DNA from: the human T2T-CHM13v2.0 reference genome, Homo sapiens
NCBI RefSeq assembly: GCF_009914755.1
Contig: NC_060947.1
Length of the DNA stretch: 64,000 bases
Strand: one strand, 5' to 3'
In this document: positions 1 through 15,600 of the stretch, in pieces
How positions within the stretch are numbered: position 1 is the first letter of the stretch
How the letters are laid out: the number at the start of each line of letters is the position of its first letter
Made by a program: the position numbers and the translations under genes
Notes under the pieces: generated by a model
Database searches by the model: none
The model's input: only the letters and a program-made list of their open reading frames with translations
What the model was told of the DNA's origin: nothing

Positions 1-231
1 GGGAGCTAAATGATAAGAACTTATGAACATAAAAAAGAAAACAACAGACACTGGGGTCTACTTGAGAGGAGAGGGTGGGAGAAGGGAGAAGATCAATAAA
101 GATAATGATTGGGTACTGAGCTAAATACCTAGGTGATGAAATAATATGTACAAAAAACATCCATGACATGTGTTTACCTATGTAACAAACCTTCATATAT
201 ACCCATAAACCTAAAATAAAAGTAAAAACAA
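1..231 (+). mobile_element. L1 3' end (older primate L1PA13-16/L1PB-like), continues upstream of the window
   Basis: 3'UTR motifs GGGAGCTAAATGATAAGAAC...GGGTACTGAGCTAAATACCTAGGTGATGAAATAAT...TTTACCTATGTAACAAACC, then an A-rich tail. Confidence 0.8.
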
Positions 232-234
232 ATC

Positions 235-1337
235 TGGATTTTAATTACTTTGGATATGTACCCTAAAATGAGATTGCTGGATAATGTGGTAGTTTCATTT
301 TTGAGAAACTTCAATACTGTTATCCATAATGACCACACCAATTTCCAATCCCAGCAACATTTTCTCAGGGTTGCCTTTGCTCCAAATTCTTGGCAACACT
401 TGATAACATTTTTTTATTACTAATAACCATCCTAACAGATGTGAGGTGATATCTCATTTTGCATTTTGATTTGCATTTCCCTGATAGTTAGTGATGTTGA
501 GCGCCTTTTCATATAACTGTTGGCCATGACTATCTCTTCTGTGGAGGAATACCTGTTCTCCTCCACTGCTCATTTTTTACTTGAGTTATTTGATGTTTGT
601 TTGTTTGGTTTTTGCCATTGAGTGGTATGTATCCTTATATACTTTGGATATTAACCCTTCATCTGATATATGGTTTGCTAATATTTTCTTCTATTCCACA
701 GGCTGCCTTTTCATTGTTGATTGTTTCCTTTGTAGTGCAAAATATTTTTAGTCTGATGTAATCCCACTTTTTATTATTTATTTTTTGCCTGTGCATTTGG
801 CATCCTATTCATAATATTATTGCTAAGACAAACATCAATGAGTATTTTTTCTATGTATTTTTATGAGTTTTAATAATTTCTACCTTTAGGTTTAAGTCTT
901 TAATATACTCTAGTTAAATTTTGTGTAGGGTATGAGATACATGTCTAATTTTATTCTGTTGTATATAGATATCCAGTTTTTCCAACACCATTTTTGGAGA
1001 GACTATTCTTTCCTCATTGTGTATTCTTTGTGTCTTTATTGCAGATTAATTGATAAAATGTGCATGGGTTTATTTCTTGGCTGTGTATTCTGTCCTATTG
1101 GTTTATGTTTCTGTTTTATGTCAGTACCATACAGTTTGTATTACTATAGGATTGTAATATTATTTGAATGCAGGATGTTGGATGTCTCCAACTTTGTTCT
1201 TTCTGGAGAGAATTACCATGACCAATTGAGGTATTTGGTAGTTTCATATTAATTTTTGTAATTTTTTCTGTTTCTGTGTAAATTGCCATTGGGATTATGA
1301 TGGGAACATCATTGAATATGTAACCCACTTTGGGTAG
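235..1337 (-). mobile_element. Old L1M ORF2 C-terminal fragment
   Basis: Reverse-complement L1 motifs GATGTGAGGTGATATCTCATT...TTTTGATTTGCATTTCCCTGAT and ATCCAGTTTTTCCAACACCATTT; heavily diverged. Confidence 0.8.
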
Positions 1338-1698
1338 TACTATAATCTGAATTTTGATGTTTTCCTAGAATTTATACATTGGAAACTAATGCTCAATGTG
1401 ATAGTATTGAGAGGTAGGGCCTTTAGGAGGTGATTAGGTCATGAGGATGAAAGCCTCATTAATGTAGTTAGTGAAGTTACAGAAAAGCCTTGAAGAGCCC
1501 AACTTGCCCCTTCCCCTATGTGATGACATAAGAAGGAACTATCTTTTCAGTAGACAGCAATATCTCACCAGACACCAAATCTGCTTGTGTCTTGATCTTG
1601 GCCTTCTTAGGCTCTATAATTGTGAGCAGTATATTTGTGTCATTCATAAATCAACCAGTCTAAGGTATTTTGTTACAGCAGGCAAGCTGACTAAGACA
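1338..1698 (+). repeat. MaLR 5' LTR
   Basis: GAGAGGTAGGGCCTTTAGGAGGTGATTAGGTCATGAGG, CACCAGACACCAAATCTGC...CTTGATCTTGG, ends TTTGTTACAGCA...CTAAGACA. Confidence 0.85.
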
Positions 1699-4225
1699 GA
1701 AGTTGGTATTAAGGAGTAGGGTGCTAACTTAACAAATACCTAAAAATATAAAAGTAGAATTGGATTGGATAATGGAAAAAAATTTGGAAAAGTTTGGAAG
1801 TAATTGCTAGAAAAATCTATAATACCATAAATGAAACATTGAAGACAAATTTTGTGAGAGCTTAGAAGAAGCTGTAGAGAACTTCTAAATATCGTAAGAG
1901 ATTACCTAACTTACCATGATCAGAATTTTGGTAGAGATATGTATGCTAAAGGCCATTCTAATGACAGCTCAGATTAAAATAAGAAATACTTTATTGGGAA
2001 TTGGAAGAAAAGTGATACTTGTTGGCAAAAACTTGGCTAAATTGGGTTTTGTACTAATAATTTGTGGAATAAGAAATTTGCAAGTGATGAAACAGAATAT
2101 CTGGTAAAATAAATATATAAGCAAAGCATTGAAAGCATGACATGGCTTTTCTTGACTGTTTATGGTAAAATGCAAAAAGATAGGTATGAACTATATAATA
2201 TGAATGAAAGAATGTAAAATTCAAAGAGTAATAAGAGAGAAATTAATGATGAAATTTATAATAAAAGGGAACAGAAATTAATGATTTTGAAAATTGTCAT
2301 TCTGTCCATGTTGTAAAAAATGAAAAGAGTGTTTTGCAGAAAAAAATACCAAGGATGTGGCTAAGCAAACATTGATGAGGAGATTAGTGTGGATAGAAAG
2401 AAGCCAGTGGCTATTTATCAAGAAAATAAAGGAATGATCAGAAAGATATTTTGGAGATCATCGGGTTGTACCACTTCCATCACAGGACTAAGGTGCCAAG
2501 GCCTGGGGGACAGAACTGTGTCAAAATAGGTTCCTCAGATGCTCATGGGACCTTGACAATTGGGGCCAAGTGCTGCTTCAATTTTCTACTCCCTACATTC
2601 TGGTACATCTCTCTTCAGACATCTCAGATGTGGCTCAAGTGGTTACATGTGCAGTCTGGTCCATAGAAGCTACCAATCCAGAGAGAACACAGGTGGTAAA
2701 ACCTGGCGGCATCTGAGTGGTGGCAATTCTGCCGGTATACAGAGTGCAACAGCTATGGGGGCATAGCTAACTGTAAATAAATTTCAGATAATTCCCTGGA
2801 GATCCTAAGGTTCTAGGAAGAGAATAGTCGCAGGGGTGAAACCACCAAAGAGAACCCAGACTAGGACAATGCCTAGTAAAGCCAGGGGACTAGGGTAGCC
2901 TGCAAGATCCCAGGACCATCCTTGTTACAAAGATTCAAAGAACATAACTGAATCATGTTTGTGCCCTACTGTTTTGTGGAAGAAGGAAACTTCTGAGTGA
3001 TGAAATCAGATATTTGGCAGAAGAATATCTAAGCAAGTGTTGAACATGCAACCTGACATCTGTTGACTGCAGATAGCAAAATACAAGAAGACAGAAACAA
3101 ATTAAAAACAGAATTTATAATTGAAAAGATGTCAACACTTAAACATTTGGAAAATGTCTAGTCTGCTCAAGTTGTACAGAATAAAGAAAAAAGCATGTCC
3201 GTGACAGAACACCAAAAGTTTGGCCAAGAGATTATTTTACAAGAAGATTAATATGGATGGATGGAAGACTGGTGCCGTTCATTAAGAGAACAGAAAAATG
3301 AAACTGATGTCATTTCCAAGATCATTGGAATTTCCACTTCCATCACAAGTAAATAGTATAAAGAAATGAGGGACATAACTATTACCAAAAGAGTAACCTT
3401 CAATGTTCTCAGAACCGGAGCACTCACTGCCTGGCACTGCCTCAAGTTTTTGCTGCTCATATTCTGGAGCATACCGCCTCAGCAATTCAAGGTGTGATTC
3501 CACTGTGTCTAGGTACAATGTGGGCCACTTTGGCTGCCCTTCCAGAGGGTACAGGTGGCAAATCTTAAAGGCATTTGTGGAGTGTCATCTCCACTATACT
3601 AAAGAGTATACAAGCTATGGGTGTATGGCTGCTTTCATCTAGAATTTGAAAGATGGAACAATCTGGAACCTTGGTCATGCAACCTAGGGAGAGGGCCACC
3701 TTGAGAGTAGGGCAACCATAGAGAGCCCCACCAAGTCAATCCCCAGTAAAGCCATGAGAATTGGGCCACAGCAAAAAGCAATGTCTACTGAATCCATAGT
3801 GGTGGCCAACAGCCTTCCCAGTTTGTCTGGAATTTGGAATGTGTAGTAAAAGATTTTTATCGAGCTGTAAAATTTAATGTTGTTTACCTTATTGAGCTTT
3901 GAATTTACTTGAGACATTATTCCTTTCCTCTTTTCTATTTTTCCTTTTTGGAAAGAGAATATTTAACCTATGACTATCCAATCACTGTATTTTGGAAGCA
4001 CATACATGTTTTATTTTACAGGCTCACAGCTGGAGAAAAATTTTCCTCAGAATAAATGATACTTTGAGTCTCACCCATATTTTATGTAGATGATATTCAG
4101 ATGAGACTTTGGATTTAGATTTTAAAGATGATGATTGAACTAGTTTAGACATCTGGGGTAATTGTGATAAAATTAGTGTGTTTTGCATGTTAGAAAGAGA
4201 TGATTTGTGAGGGACAAGGCTGCAA

Positions 4226-4593
4226 TGCTGTGGTCTGAATGTTGATGTTCTCCCCTGAAATTTATATGTTGGAACCTAATATTCAAAAAGATAGTATTAA
4301 GACATGTAGCCTTTAGAAAGTGATTAGATCATAAGGGCAAAACCCTCATGAATGGGATTAGTAACCTTATAACAGAGGTTTACGGGATGCTTTGCTTGCC
4401 CTTTCTGTCATGTGAGGACACAAGAAAGCACCATCTTTGAAGCAGAGAGCAGGCTGTCACCAAACGATGAATCTGTTGCCATCATGATCTTGGACTTCCC
4501 ATGCTCCAGAATTGTAAGCAATAAATTTCTTTTTTGTTTTTATAAATTGCCTAGTCTAAAGTAGTTTGTTAAGCATCAGGAATGGTCTAAAAT
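4226..4593 (+). repeat. MaLR 3' LTR
   Basis: TGCTGTGGTCTGAATGTT...CCCTCATGAATGGGATTAG...GATCTTGGACTTCCC...CTCCAGAATTGTAAGCAATAAATTTC. Confidence 0.85.
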
Positions 4594-4599
4594 GAGAGA

Positions 4600-7203
<2,604 letters not shown>

Positions 7204-10200
7204 GAATATCCACAGCTGGACTTGGGCAAGATGGCTGACTAGATGCTACCAGGTGGAACAGCTGCCACCGAGGGACCAGGATGACTGGTTTACTCTTAAC
7301 AGATCTTCAGAGTGAAGAAACTGAGGGTGGATGGAGGAAAGACACAGAAGCTGGGCTGAAGGGAGAGGAAGGTTGGAACAAGTACATTGAACAGTAAGGA
7401 GCAACCCACTCTCACCATGGGCCTCTGAGATTCCAGTAGGTGACCTCTTGACCACCACAAGCACTTGAATTGACAAGGGCAGCTGCTTAGAGAAGTGGTA
7501 GGAGCAGCAAACCAGCTGACAGGTTTGGTGAGGGAGTATCTGTAGTGGAGCAGAGCCAGGCATGCCCAAACCCCTAGGTTCCACTTAATCCCAGAGGAGA
7601 CTTTAGCCCTAGGGGAACTAAAAAACTTGAAGTCTGCAGGGTGGTTTTGCCCATCAGTTGGGGCTAGTCTGAACCGAGGACCCCTTAATCTGCTGGCCTG
7701 TCCTGGGACCCCAGCCTGGCTGTTCCTGCTTACTGTGCAGTCTTGGTTGCCCTGGAGCCCATATCATAACTCCTGAATTGGTAGACTGTGTCTGACTTGT
7801 GGAGAGCTCCAGGAGGGTGGCCCCCATGGCCATGTATCAGCTTACCCACTCCCTTTACCCACTGCTGCTTCCCTGGGGCCCACTGCTTTGTGGGTATGCA
7901 TGTGCATGGGAAAATTTTGCCTTCCCTGCCCCACCAGCATACCTGTGTGCATGCACCTTGCCCACCACTGAGGCTGGCAGGAGAGAACTTTGCCTTTTTT
8001 CCCCACCATACTGCCATTGAAGTCAGAGCTTTGGTGGGCATAGAGCCCACCATCCTCGCCCTCCCAAGTGTCCTGCCCTTGTTCCAACACTGCTGCTGGA
8101 GTGAAACTAGGCACATTGAAAAGTGAACCCCTCCCCACCCTAAGCAGCTATCCCCACTTGTATGAATGTGCACAGACAGCAAACTCAGATTTGTGTTTGC
8201 CAGTGCCCCACCCCCATGCTAAGACCACCACAAGCCTGACCACAAGCAAAGTTGCCAGCAGAGGCCTTCCAGCCCTTCGAACAGTGCTGCCTCTTTCACT
8301 GTTTTGGAAGTCTGCAGGGAGGCATGTACCCACATACCCATTAACACCCTGCCTCAGCTAACAAGCATCCAACCTGCCATGCCGCTGCTGCCATTGCTGA
8401 TGACATGTGTAAGTGTGGACAGATCCCACTGCCACTATATGAAATGGCTTAAGTGGTACCACCTACTGGAGTGAAAAGACAAGCAGTCTGGGAGCACCTC
8501 AGCCTCCGCCAACATAGTAGGTTTGTAACATCAAGGAGTCAGAGAAAAAAGTTGGGGCCTGATAAGAATCTCTGAGAATTAGGGCACACAGTCCAGGAGT
8601 TGGAAGCTGAGACTTGACACCCTAAAATTTTGCAGAAATAAATCCAGTCAATTGAACCCACCTTATACAATTGAACACTCAGGGGCATCAAATAGGACAA
8701 CAGAAAAAACAATCTGAATGACAGCAACTTCACAGACTGAAGGAACGTCGGCACACAAAGATGAGAAAATAAACAGCTCAAGTACTCTGACACCACAAAA
8801 AGCTAGAGTGCCTTCATTTCTCCAAGGAGCTGCACTAGCTTTCTAGCAAGAATTCTGAACTAGGCTCAGATGGTTGAAATGACAGAAATAGAATTCAGTA
8901 TATGTATAAAAGTAAAGATTATTTTGATGTAAGAGTACATTGAAACCCAATCCAAGGAGGCTTAAGAAACATAATAAAACAATAGGGGAGATGACAGACA
9001 AAATGGCCAGTATAGAAAAGAACATAACTGACCTAATAGAGATGAAAAACATAAGAATTTCACAAATCAATCACAAGTATTAACATAAGAATAGTCCAAG
9101 TTGAGGAAAGAACTTCAAAGCTTGAAGACTGGCTTTCTGATATAAGAAAATCAAACAATAACAGAGAAAAGAAGAATAAAAAGGAATAAGCAAAACCTCC
9201 TAGAAACATGGTAGTATGTAAAGATACCAAATCTGTGACTCATTGGTGTTGCTAAAACAGGGAGAATGAAAGCAATTTGTAAAACATATTTCAGGATATC
9301 ATCTATGAGTTATTCCCCAACCTAGCTAGAGAGGCCAACATTTAATTCAGAAAATGCAGTGAGCCCCAGTAAGATACTTCACAAGAAGATTATCCCCAAG
9401 GTAAATAATCATATTCTTCAAGGTAAAATTCAAAGAATAAATGTTAAAGGCAACTGGAAAGAAAGAATAGGTAATCTATAAAGAGAAGCCCATCAGACTA
9501 ACAGGAGATCTTTCAGCAGAAACCCTACAAGCCAGAAGAGATTAGGGGCCAATATTCAACATTGTTAATTAAAAGAAATTGGTAAAACAAAGCCTCATAA
9601 ATTAAGACAAAATAAGATCCTTTCCAGACAAGCAAATGCTGAGGGAAATTGTTACCACCAGGCCTGCCTTACAAGATCTTCTGAAGGAAGCACTAAATAG
9701 GGGGGAAAACGGGTGTCTTACCAGCCACTACAGAAACACACTTAAGTACAGAGACTAGTGTCACTATAAAGCAACTACACAAACAAGCCTGCATAATAAT
9801 CAGTTAAGATCATCACGACAGGATCAAACCCACACATTTCATTATTAACCTTAATGTCAATGGGCTAAATGCCCCATTTAAAAAGCACAGAGAGGCAAGC
9901 TGGATAAAGGATCAAGACTCACTGGTCTTCGGTCTTTAAGATACCAATCTCACATACAATGACACCCATAGGCTGAAAATAAAAATAGGAAAAATAGAGA
10001 AAAATTTAACAAGCAAATGGAAAACAGAATAAAAGCAGACTTTGCAATTCTAATTTCAAACAAAATAGACTTTAAGCTAACAAAAATCATAAAAGACCGA
10101 GAAATTATTACATAATGTAAAAAGTTCAATTAAAAAAAAAAGATCTATCCTAAATATATATGCACTTTACACAGGAACACCCAAATTTATAAAGCAAGTC

Positions 10201-11129
10201 TTAGAGATGTTCAAAGAGACTTACAGTTCTGCACAATAATAATGGGAGACCTCAACACCTGACAGTATTAGATCATTGTGACAAAAAAAAAAAAAGATTT
10301 TCAGAATCTAAACTCAGCACTGGATTAAATAGAACTGACAGACATCCACAGAACTTTCCACTGTATATATATATGTGTGTACATATATGCGTGTGTGTGT
10401 ATATATATATACACACACACATATATGTACACACATATATACATATATATACACATATATACACATATATATACACACATATATATACACACATATATAT
10501 ACACATATATACACATATATATGTGTATATATATACATACATATATACATATATACACATACATATATATGTATATATACACACATATATAGTATATACA
10601 TATATGTATATATGTGTATATACATGCTATATATGTATATACATATATGTATATGTATATATGTGTATATACATACTATATATGTATATACATATATGTA
10701 CATATGTGTATATACATACTATATATGTATATACATATATGTATATATGGATGTATATATGTATGTATATATATGTGTGGATTTATATATACACATATAT
10801 ACATTTTTTCTTATTGTTACATAGCACATATTCTAAAATCAACACTTAATCAGACATAAAACACCTCTCAGAAAATGAAAAAAAAACTGAAATCAAAACA
10901 ACCATTCTCTTGGGCCACAGTGCAATAAAAATAGAATTCAAGAATAAGAAGATAGTTGAAAATCATACCATTACACGGAAATTGAATAATCTGATTCTCA
11001 ATGACCTTTGGGTAAATAATAAAATTAAAGGAGAAATAAATAATTTAATTGAAACTAATGAGAACAAAGATACAACAAACCAGAAACTCTGAGACACAGC
11101 TAAGGCAGCTTAACAAGATAAATTTTTAT
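7204..11129 (+). mobile_element. L1 element B (L1PA13-16-like): 5'UTR, ORF1, ORF2 endonuclease part
   Basis: Starts GGGCAAGATGGCTGACTAGATG. ORF1 remnant ~8760-9760, ORF2 start ~9815 (GACAGGATCAAACCCACAC). Interrupted at 11129, resumes at 25124. Confidence 0.85.
10362..10803. repeat. Compound (TA)n/(CA)n/(TG)n microsatellite, ~440 bp, inside L1 ORF2
   Basis: Alternating purine-pyrimidine tract between L1 ...GAACTTTCCAC and ACATTTTTTCTT.... Confidence 0.97.
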
Positions 11130-11606
11130 TTTTTTCCAAGATGACAGATTGGAGGCAGTGTTAGTGTGCCCTTCTCATTTGGAAGGGCAGAATAGTGTGT
11201 ACAGATTCACACTGTAAACACATTTCCAAGAATCAATACAGGAACTTAAGAAAATTTTAAAAATCTACAGACTCTTTGAAAGAGGTGGCAGTCTGCAGCC
11301 TGCTTTGAGGGATAAGTAAAAAACAACAACAACAACAAATGGTGGTAAGTCCTCAGAGTGTGAGATGGGGAGATACTGCCTTCAGAATACACATCCCCAC
11401 CAGGGAATATTAAAATCCAGACCACAGGAGAAAGCCTTAACCCTTCCCAGAATTGGAACTGATTTAGTGAGTGGTGAGAAATATAAAAGTAGGAGCAGAA
11501 GTGGGAAGTGCTTTACAGGTATTCCCAGTCTAAAACCATTAGTAAATATATCTCACAGGGGACCTCAGAAAAGTCACCCAACTAGGTCAGGGAAGAGTCA
11601 GAGGGT

Positions 11607-12629
11607 TATCGGGGGAACCCGCCCCCAATATTTTGATGTAGGTTCTTTCTATTTTCCATAACTGTCAGCCTGCTGAGAAATAAAGAGAAAGAGTACAAAG
11701 AGAGGAATTTTACAGCTGGGCTGCCGGGGGTGACATCACATATCAGTAGGACCATGATGCCTACCTGAGCCTCAAACCAGCAAGTTTTTTACTAAGGATT
11801 TCAAAAGAGGAGGGGGTGTAAGAACAGGGAGTAGATCACATGCTTCAAAGGGCAAAAAGGAGAACTACTGATAAGGGTCCAACAAAGATCACAAGGCAAA
11901 GGGCAAAAGCAGAACTACTGATAAGGGTCTATGTTCAGCAGTGCACATATTGTCTTGATAAACATCTTAAACAACAAAAAACAGGGTTTTAGAGCAAAGA
12001 ACCGGTCTGACCACAAATTTACCAGGGCAGTGTTTTTTCCCCACCCTAGTAAGCCTGAGGGTACTGCCGAAAACCAGGGCGTACCTCAGGCCTTATCTCA
12101 ACCGCATATGACAGACACTCCCAGAGCAGCCATTTATAGACCTCCCCCAGGAATGCATTCCTTTCCCAGGGTATTAATATTAATATTCCTTGCTAGGAAA
12201 AAAATTTAGTGATATCTTCCCTATTTGCACGTCTGTTTATAGGCTCTCTGCAAGAAGAAAAATATGGCTCTTTTTGCCTGACCCTGCAGGCAGTCAGACC
12301 TTATGGTTGTCTTCCCTTGCTCCCTAAAAATTGTTGTTATTCTGTTCTTTTTCAAGGTGTGCTGATTTCATATTGTTCAAACACACATGTTTTACAATCA
12401 ATTTATACAGTTAACACAATTATCACAGTGGTTCTGAGGTGACATACATCCTCAGCTTACGAAGATAACAGGGTTAAGAGCTTAAAGTAAAGAAAGTAAA
12501 GACAGGCATAAGAAATTATAAAAGTATTATTTGGGAACTGATAAATGTCCATGAAATCTTCACAATTTATGTCCCTCTGCCATGGCTCCATCTGGTCCCT
12601 CCATTTGGGGTCCCTGAGTTCCCACAACA
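11607..12629 (-). mobile_element. MER11 (HERV-K11/HML-8) solo LTR, MER11A-like
   Basis: Reverse complement begins TGTTGTGGGAACTCAGGGACCCC...ATAAATTGTGAAGATTTCATGGAC and ends ...GTTCCCCCGATA. 6-bp TSD GAGGGT/GAAGGT. Confidence 0.9.
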
Positions 12630-15600
12630 GAAGGTGAAAAAAATATTCCAGCTAAATTTTGTAATGTAATCTCGAGGTGATGAACTCCCTTGTCCTGTAT
12701 CCAAGGGGCAAGTGAGAAGGATGCTGCAGACATGAGTGCAAGAGCTCAGCTCCTGGCCTCATGGGAAGATAGAGAGAGGTGTGGCCTGAAAGGTGTGGTT
12801 TCTATCTCTGCAGGGAAAGCTTATGGCCTGGGGAAGGTTTGAATTCTGTGTGAAGATTGCCTGGATATAAATCTGCTGCTGGTAGCAGAGCACTGCTAGA
12901 GCGAGATCAGCCTTGCCAGCTGCACGAGTGCTGAGTGAGGTGTACTGACACCTGCTACTCCCCTCTCCTGTGGAAAACTCTTCTGTGAGGCAGAGGAAGT
13001 TATACTCCCTTCTGAAACATTACCTCAGTGCCCCCAAAGCCACCCTCAACACTCACAGGGGCAATAGCTTGCACTGCTCAAAGAAAGTCAGAGTGCAGGC
13101 CTGCCTAATCCTGCCCCTCCTGGCTGAGTTCCTCCACCCAATCTGGTAGCTTAAGACCAAGGAAATAAATTTTGGGGAGCTTTATAGCCCCACTCATGAC
13201 TTGAGGAAGCAGATTACTTTTCCTGGGCAACTTAAGGTAAGCTCAGATCGTACATCTACTACCTTAGCTGGTGCTCTTTTGCAAGCACCACCTCCTAGCT
13301 GGAGGCCAACAAACACAATCTACTATAGCATCTCCAGAATAATGCTGTGTTCAGGAAGGAGAAAATTGCTGTGTGAATTCAGCTATCACCACTTCCTATA
13401 ACAACTTGGGTAACCAGAGGTACTAATTCTGTCAATGTGACAAGTTTACTACAATTATAACAAGCATTCAAGAAATCCAGTACACTAAGCCTATCTACAA
13501 CCAAGGAATCACAAAGTCTACATCAATCCCCTGCCACCATCAGAGCTAGTGCTAGTGCCCACTGTTGGGAAACTTGAAAACAGGTCACAGAACTGTATTT
13601 CTTACAGACATTCCCCACCATGTGGCAACACCACTGGGTGCCTAGACCCAGAAGAGCAATAGCAGTCACTGTGGTTTGGCTCTCAGGAACTCCTACTCCT
13701 AGGGAAAGAGGAAGAGCACCACATCAAGGGAAAACCATGTGGGACAAAAGAATCTGGACGGCATACCTCCAGTCCCAGATCTTTCTGCTCATGGGAAGTT
13801 GTTTAAAAAGAGAAACAATTGCAGTGCTTAATGCAACAAGGAAATCCTGCAACTCTACCACAACAGGCAAGCAGGCTTCATGCTAGTGAAGAAACTTCAC
13901 GAAGGGGTAATTGTTTCTCCCTTGTCCACCACTGAAGACACTGCTTTGGCTTCTCCCATGGGAACTCAGCATAAATGCACCTATAGACAACCTTCCTGAA
14001 ACAAATCTGGGTGATTGCATATCTGTAGGAGAAGCACTCCCCAGGTACAGGCTTGCATGAGAGGCAGAGTCAAAATTCCTTCCTACTCAGAGCATCAACA
14101 TTCCTACAGACATAAAAAGGTCCATGATTGAAGTACATAGCTGGAACACTGGGACAGGAGTGAGGCTGGGAGGTGGATGGCTTTTCTGCTTGCCTGGTTG
14201 GGGAATTGCAGTAGCTCCCACCTTTCACTATGAGAAAACTCAGTGCTTTAAGGTACAACTGATTTCTACCCACTAATACCACCCCTACTGGCCTGAAGCC
14301 TGAAACATCAACTCAGTAAATAAAATACTAGGAAAAAATTAAACAAAAAAAAGTTCACACAATGAGGGAATGAGATAAGCTTTAAGAGATCCTTGCCATT
14401 TCAACACCATAGGAGACAGTGAAATTGCCAATACACAAAGTACATAACTACTCCAACCAGCATCTGTGAAATTTTGCATATAAACACTCTCTGTAACTAA
14501 GAAACTTTTTCTTTACTTCTAAAAGCACCAAGAATCAAATTAGGCTATAATAACATAAAAACATTAAAGTCACATCCTTAAGAGGGAAATAATTTTTTAA
14601 GTCAAATTAAAAATAAAGTCAAGAAAAATTTGAAGAAATAGTATACACAAATGAGAAGAAAAAAATGTAATTGTGGTAATATGACAAAACAAGGTTCTTT
14701 AACACCTTCAACAGATCACACTAGTTCACCAGCAATGGATCTAAACCAAGATGAAATCTTTGAAATACCAGATAAATAATTCAGAAGGTTGATTATTAAG
14801 CTACTCGAGGAGATACCAGAGAAAGGTAAACATCAACATTTAAATAAATTGTTAAAAAATCAGGATATGAATAAAAATTTGTCCAGAAAGATAGATGTCA
14901 TAAAGAAAAACCAATTAGAACTTTTGTAAATAAAAGACACACTTAGAGAAATACAAAACACAGTATAAAGTTTCAATAATACACTAGAAATCATAGAAGA
15001 ATTTCAGAGCTCAAAGACAAAGCTTTCAATTTACCCAGTCAGACAAAGATAGAGAAAAAGAATTTAAAAAATGAGCAGTCTCCAAGAAAAATGGGATTAT
15101 GTGAAATGACCAAACTGAAGTATAATTGATGTTCCTGAGAAACAAGAGGAGGCTAAAAGTTCAGAAAACTTGTTTGACGGAATAATTAAGGAAAACCTCC
15201 CTGGCCTCACTAGAGATTTAGATATTCAAATACAAGAAGCACAAAGAAATCCTAGAAAATGCATTGCAAAATGATAATCACCAAGGCACATAGTCATCAG
15301 GTTACCTAAAGTGAACTCAAAGAAAAGAATACTAAGCACGAAGAGACAAAAGCATAGAGGTAACATACAAAGGAAAACCTATCAGGTGAACAACAGACTT
15401 CTCAGCAGAAACCATACAAACTGGAAGGAATTAGGATCGTACCTTTAGTCACCTTAAAAAAATAATTGTTAGCCAAAAAGTTTGTATCCCACAAAACTAA
15501 GCTTCATAAATGAAGGAGAGATAAAGATTTTTTTCAGTCAAACAAATGCTGAGAGAATTTGCCACTACTAAATCGGCACTACAAAACAAAATGCTAAAAG

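Larger units (their letters stand above)
1338..4593 (+). mobile_element. ERVL-MaLR provirus (MLT1A/MSTD-like): LTR-internal-LTR
   Basis: Two related ~360-bp LTRs at 1338-1698 and 4226-~4593. The internal part starts GAAGTTGGTATTAAGGAGTAGGG and a purine-rich tract precedes the 3' LTR. No intact ORF. Confidence 0.8.

Noticed and set aside
7246-8361. Cluster of GC-richer ORFs suggesting a host exon
   Set aside because: Lies within the 5'UTR of L1 element B; no recognisable protein or splice structure.
10273-10859. Seven overlapping ORFs of 71-158 aa rich in Y/I/H/T/C/V/M
   Set aside because: Artefacts of a stop-free TA/CA/TG microsatellite.
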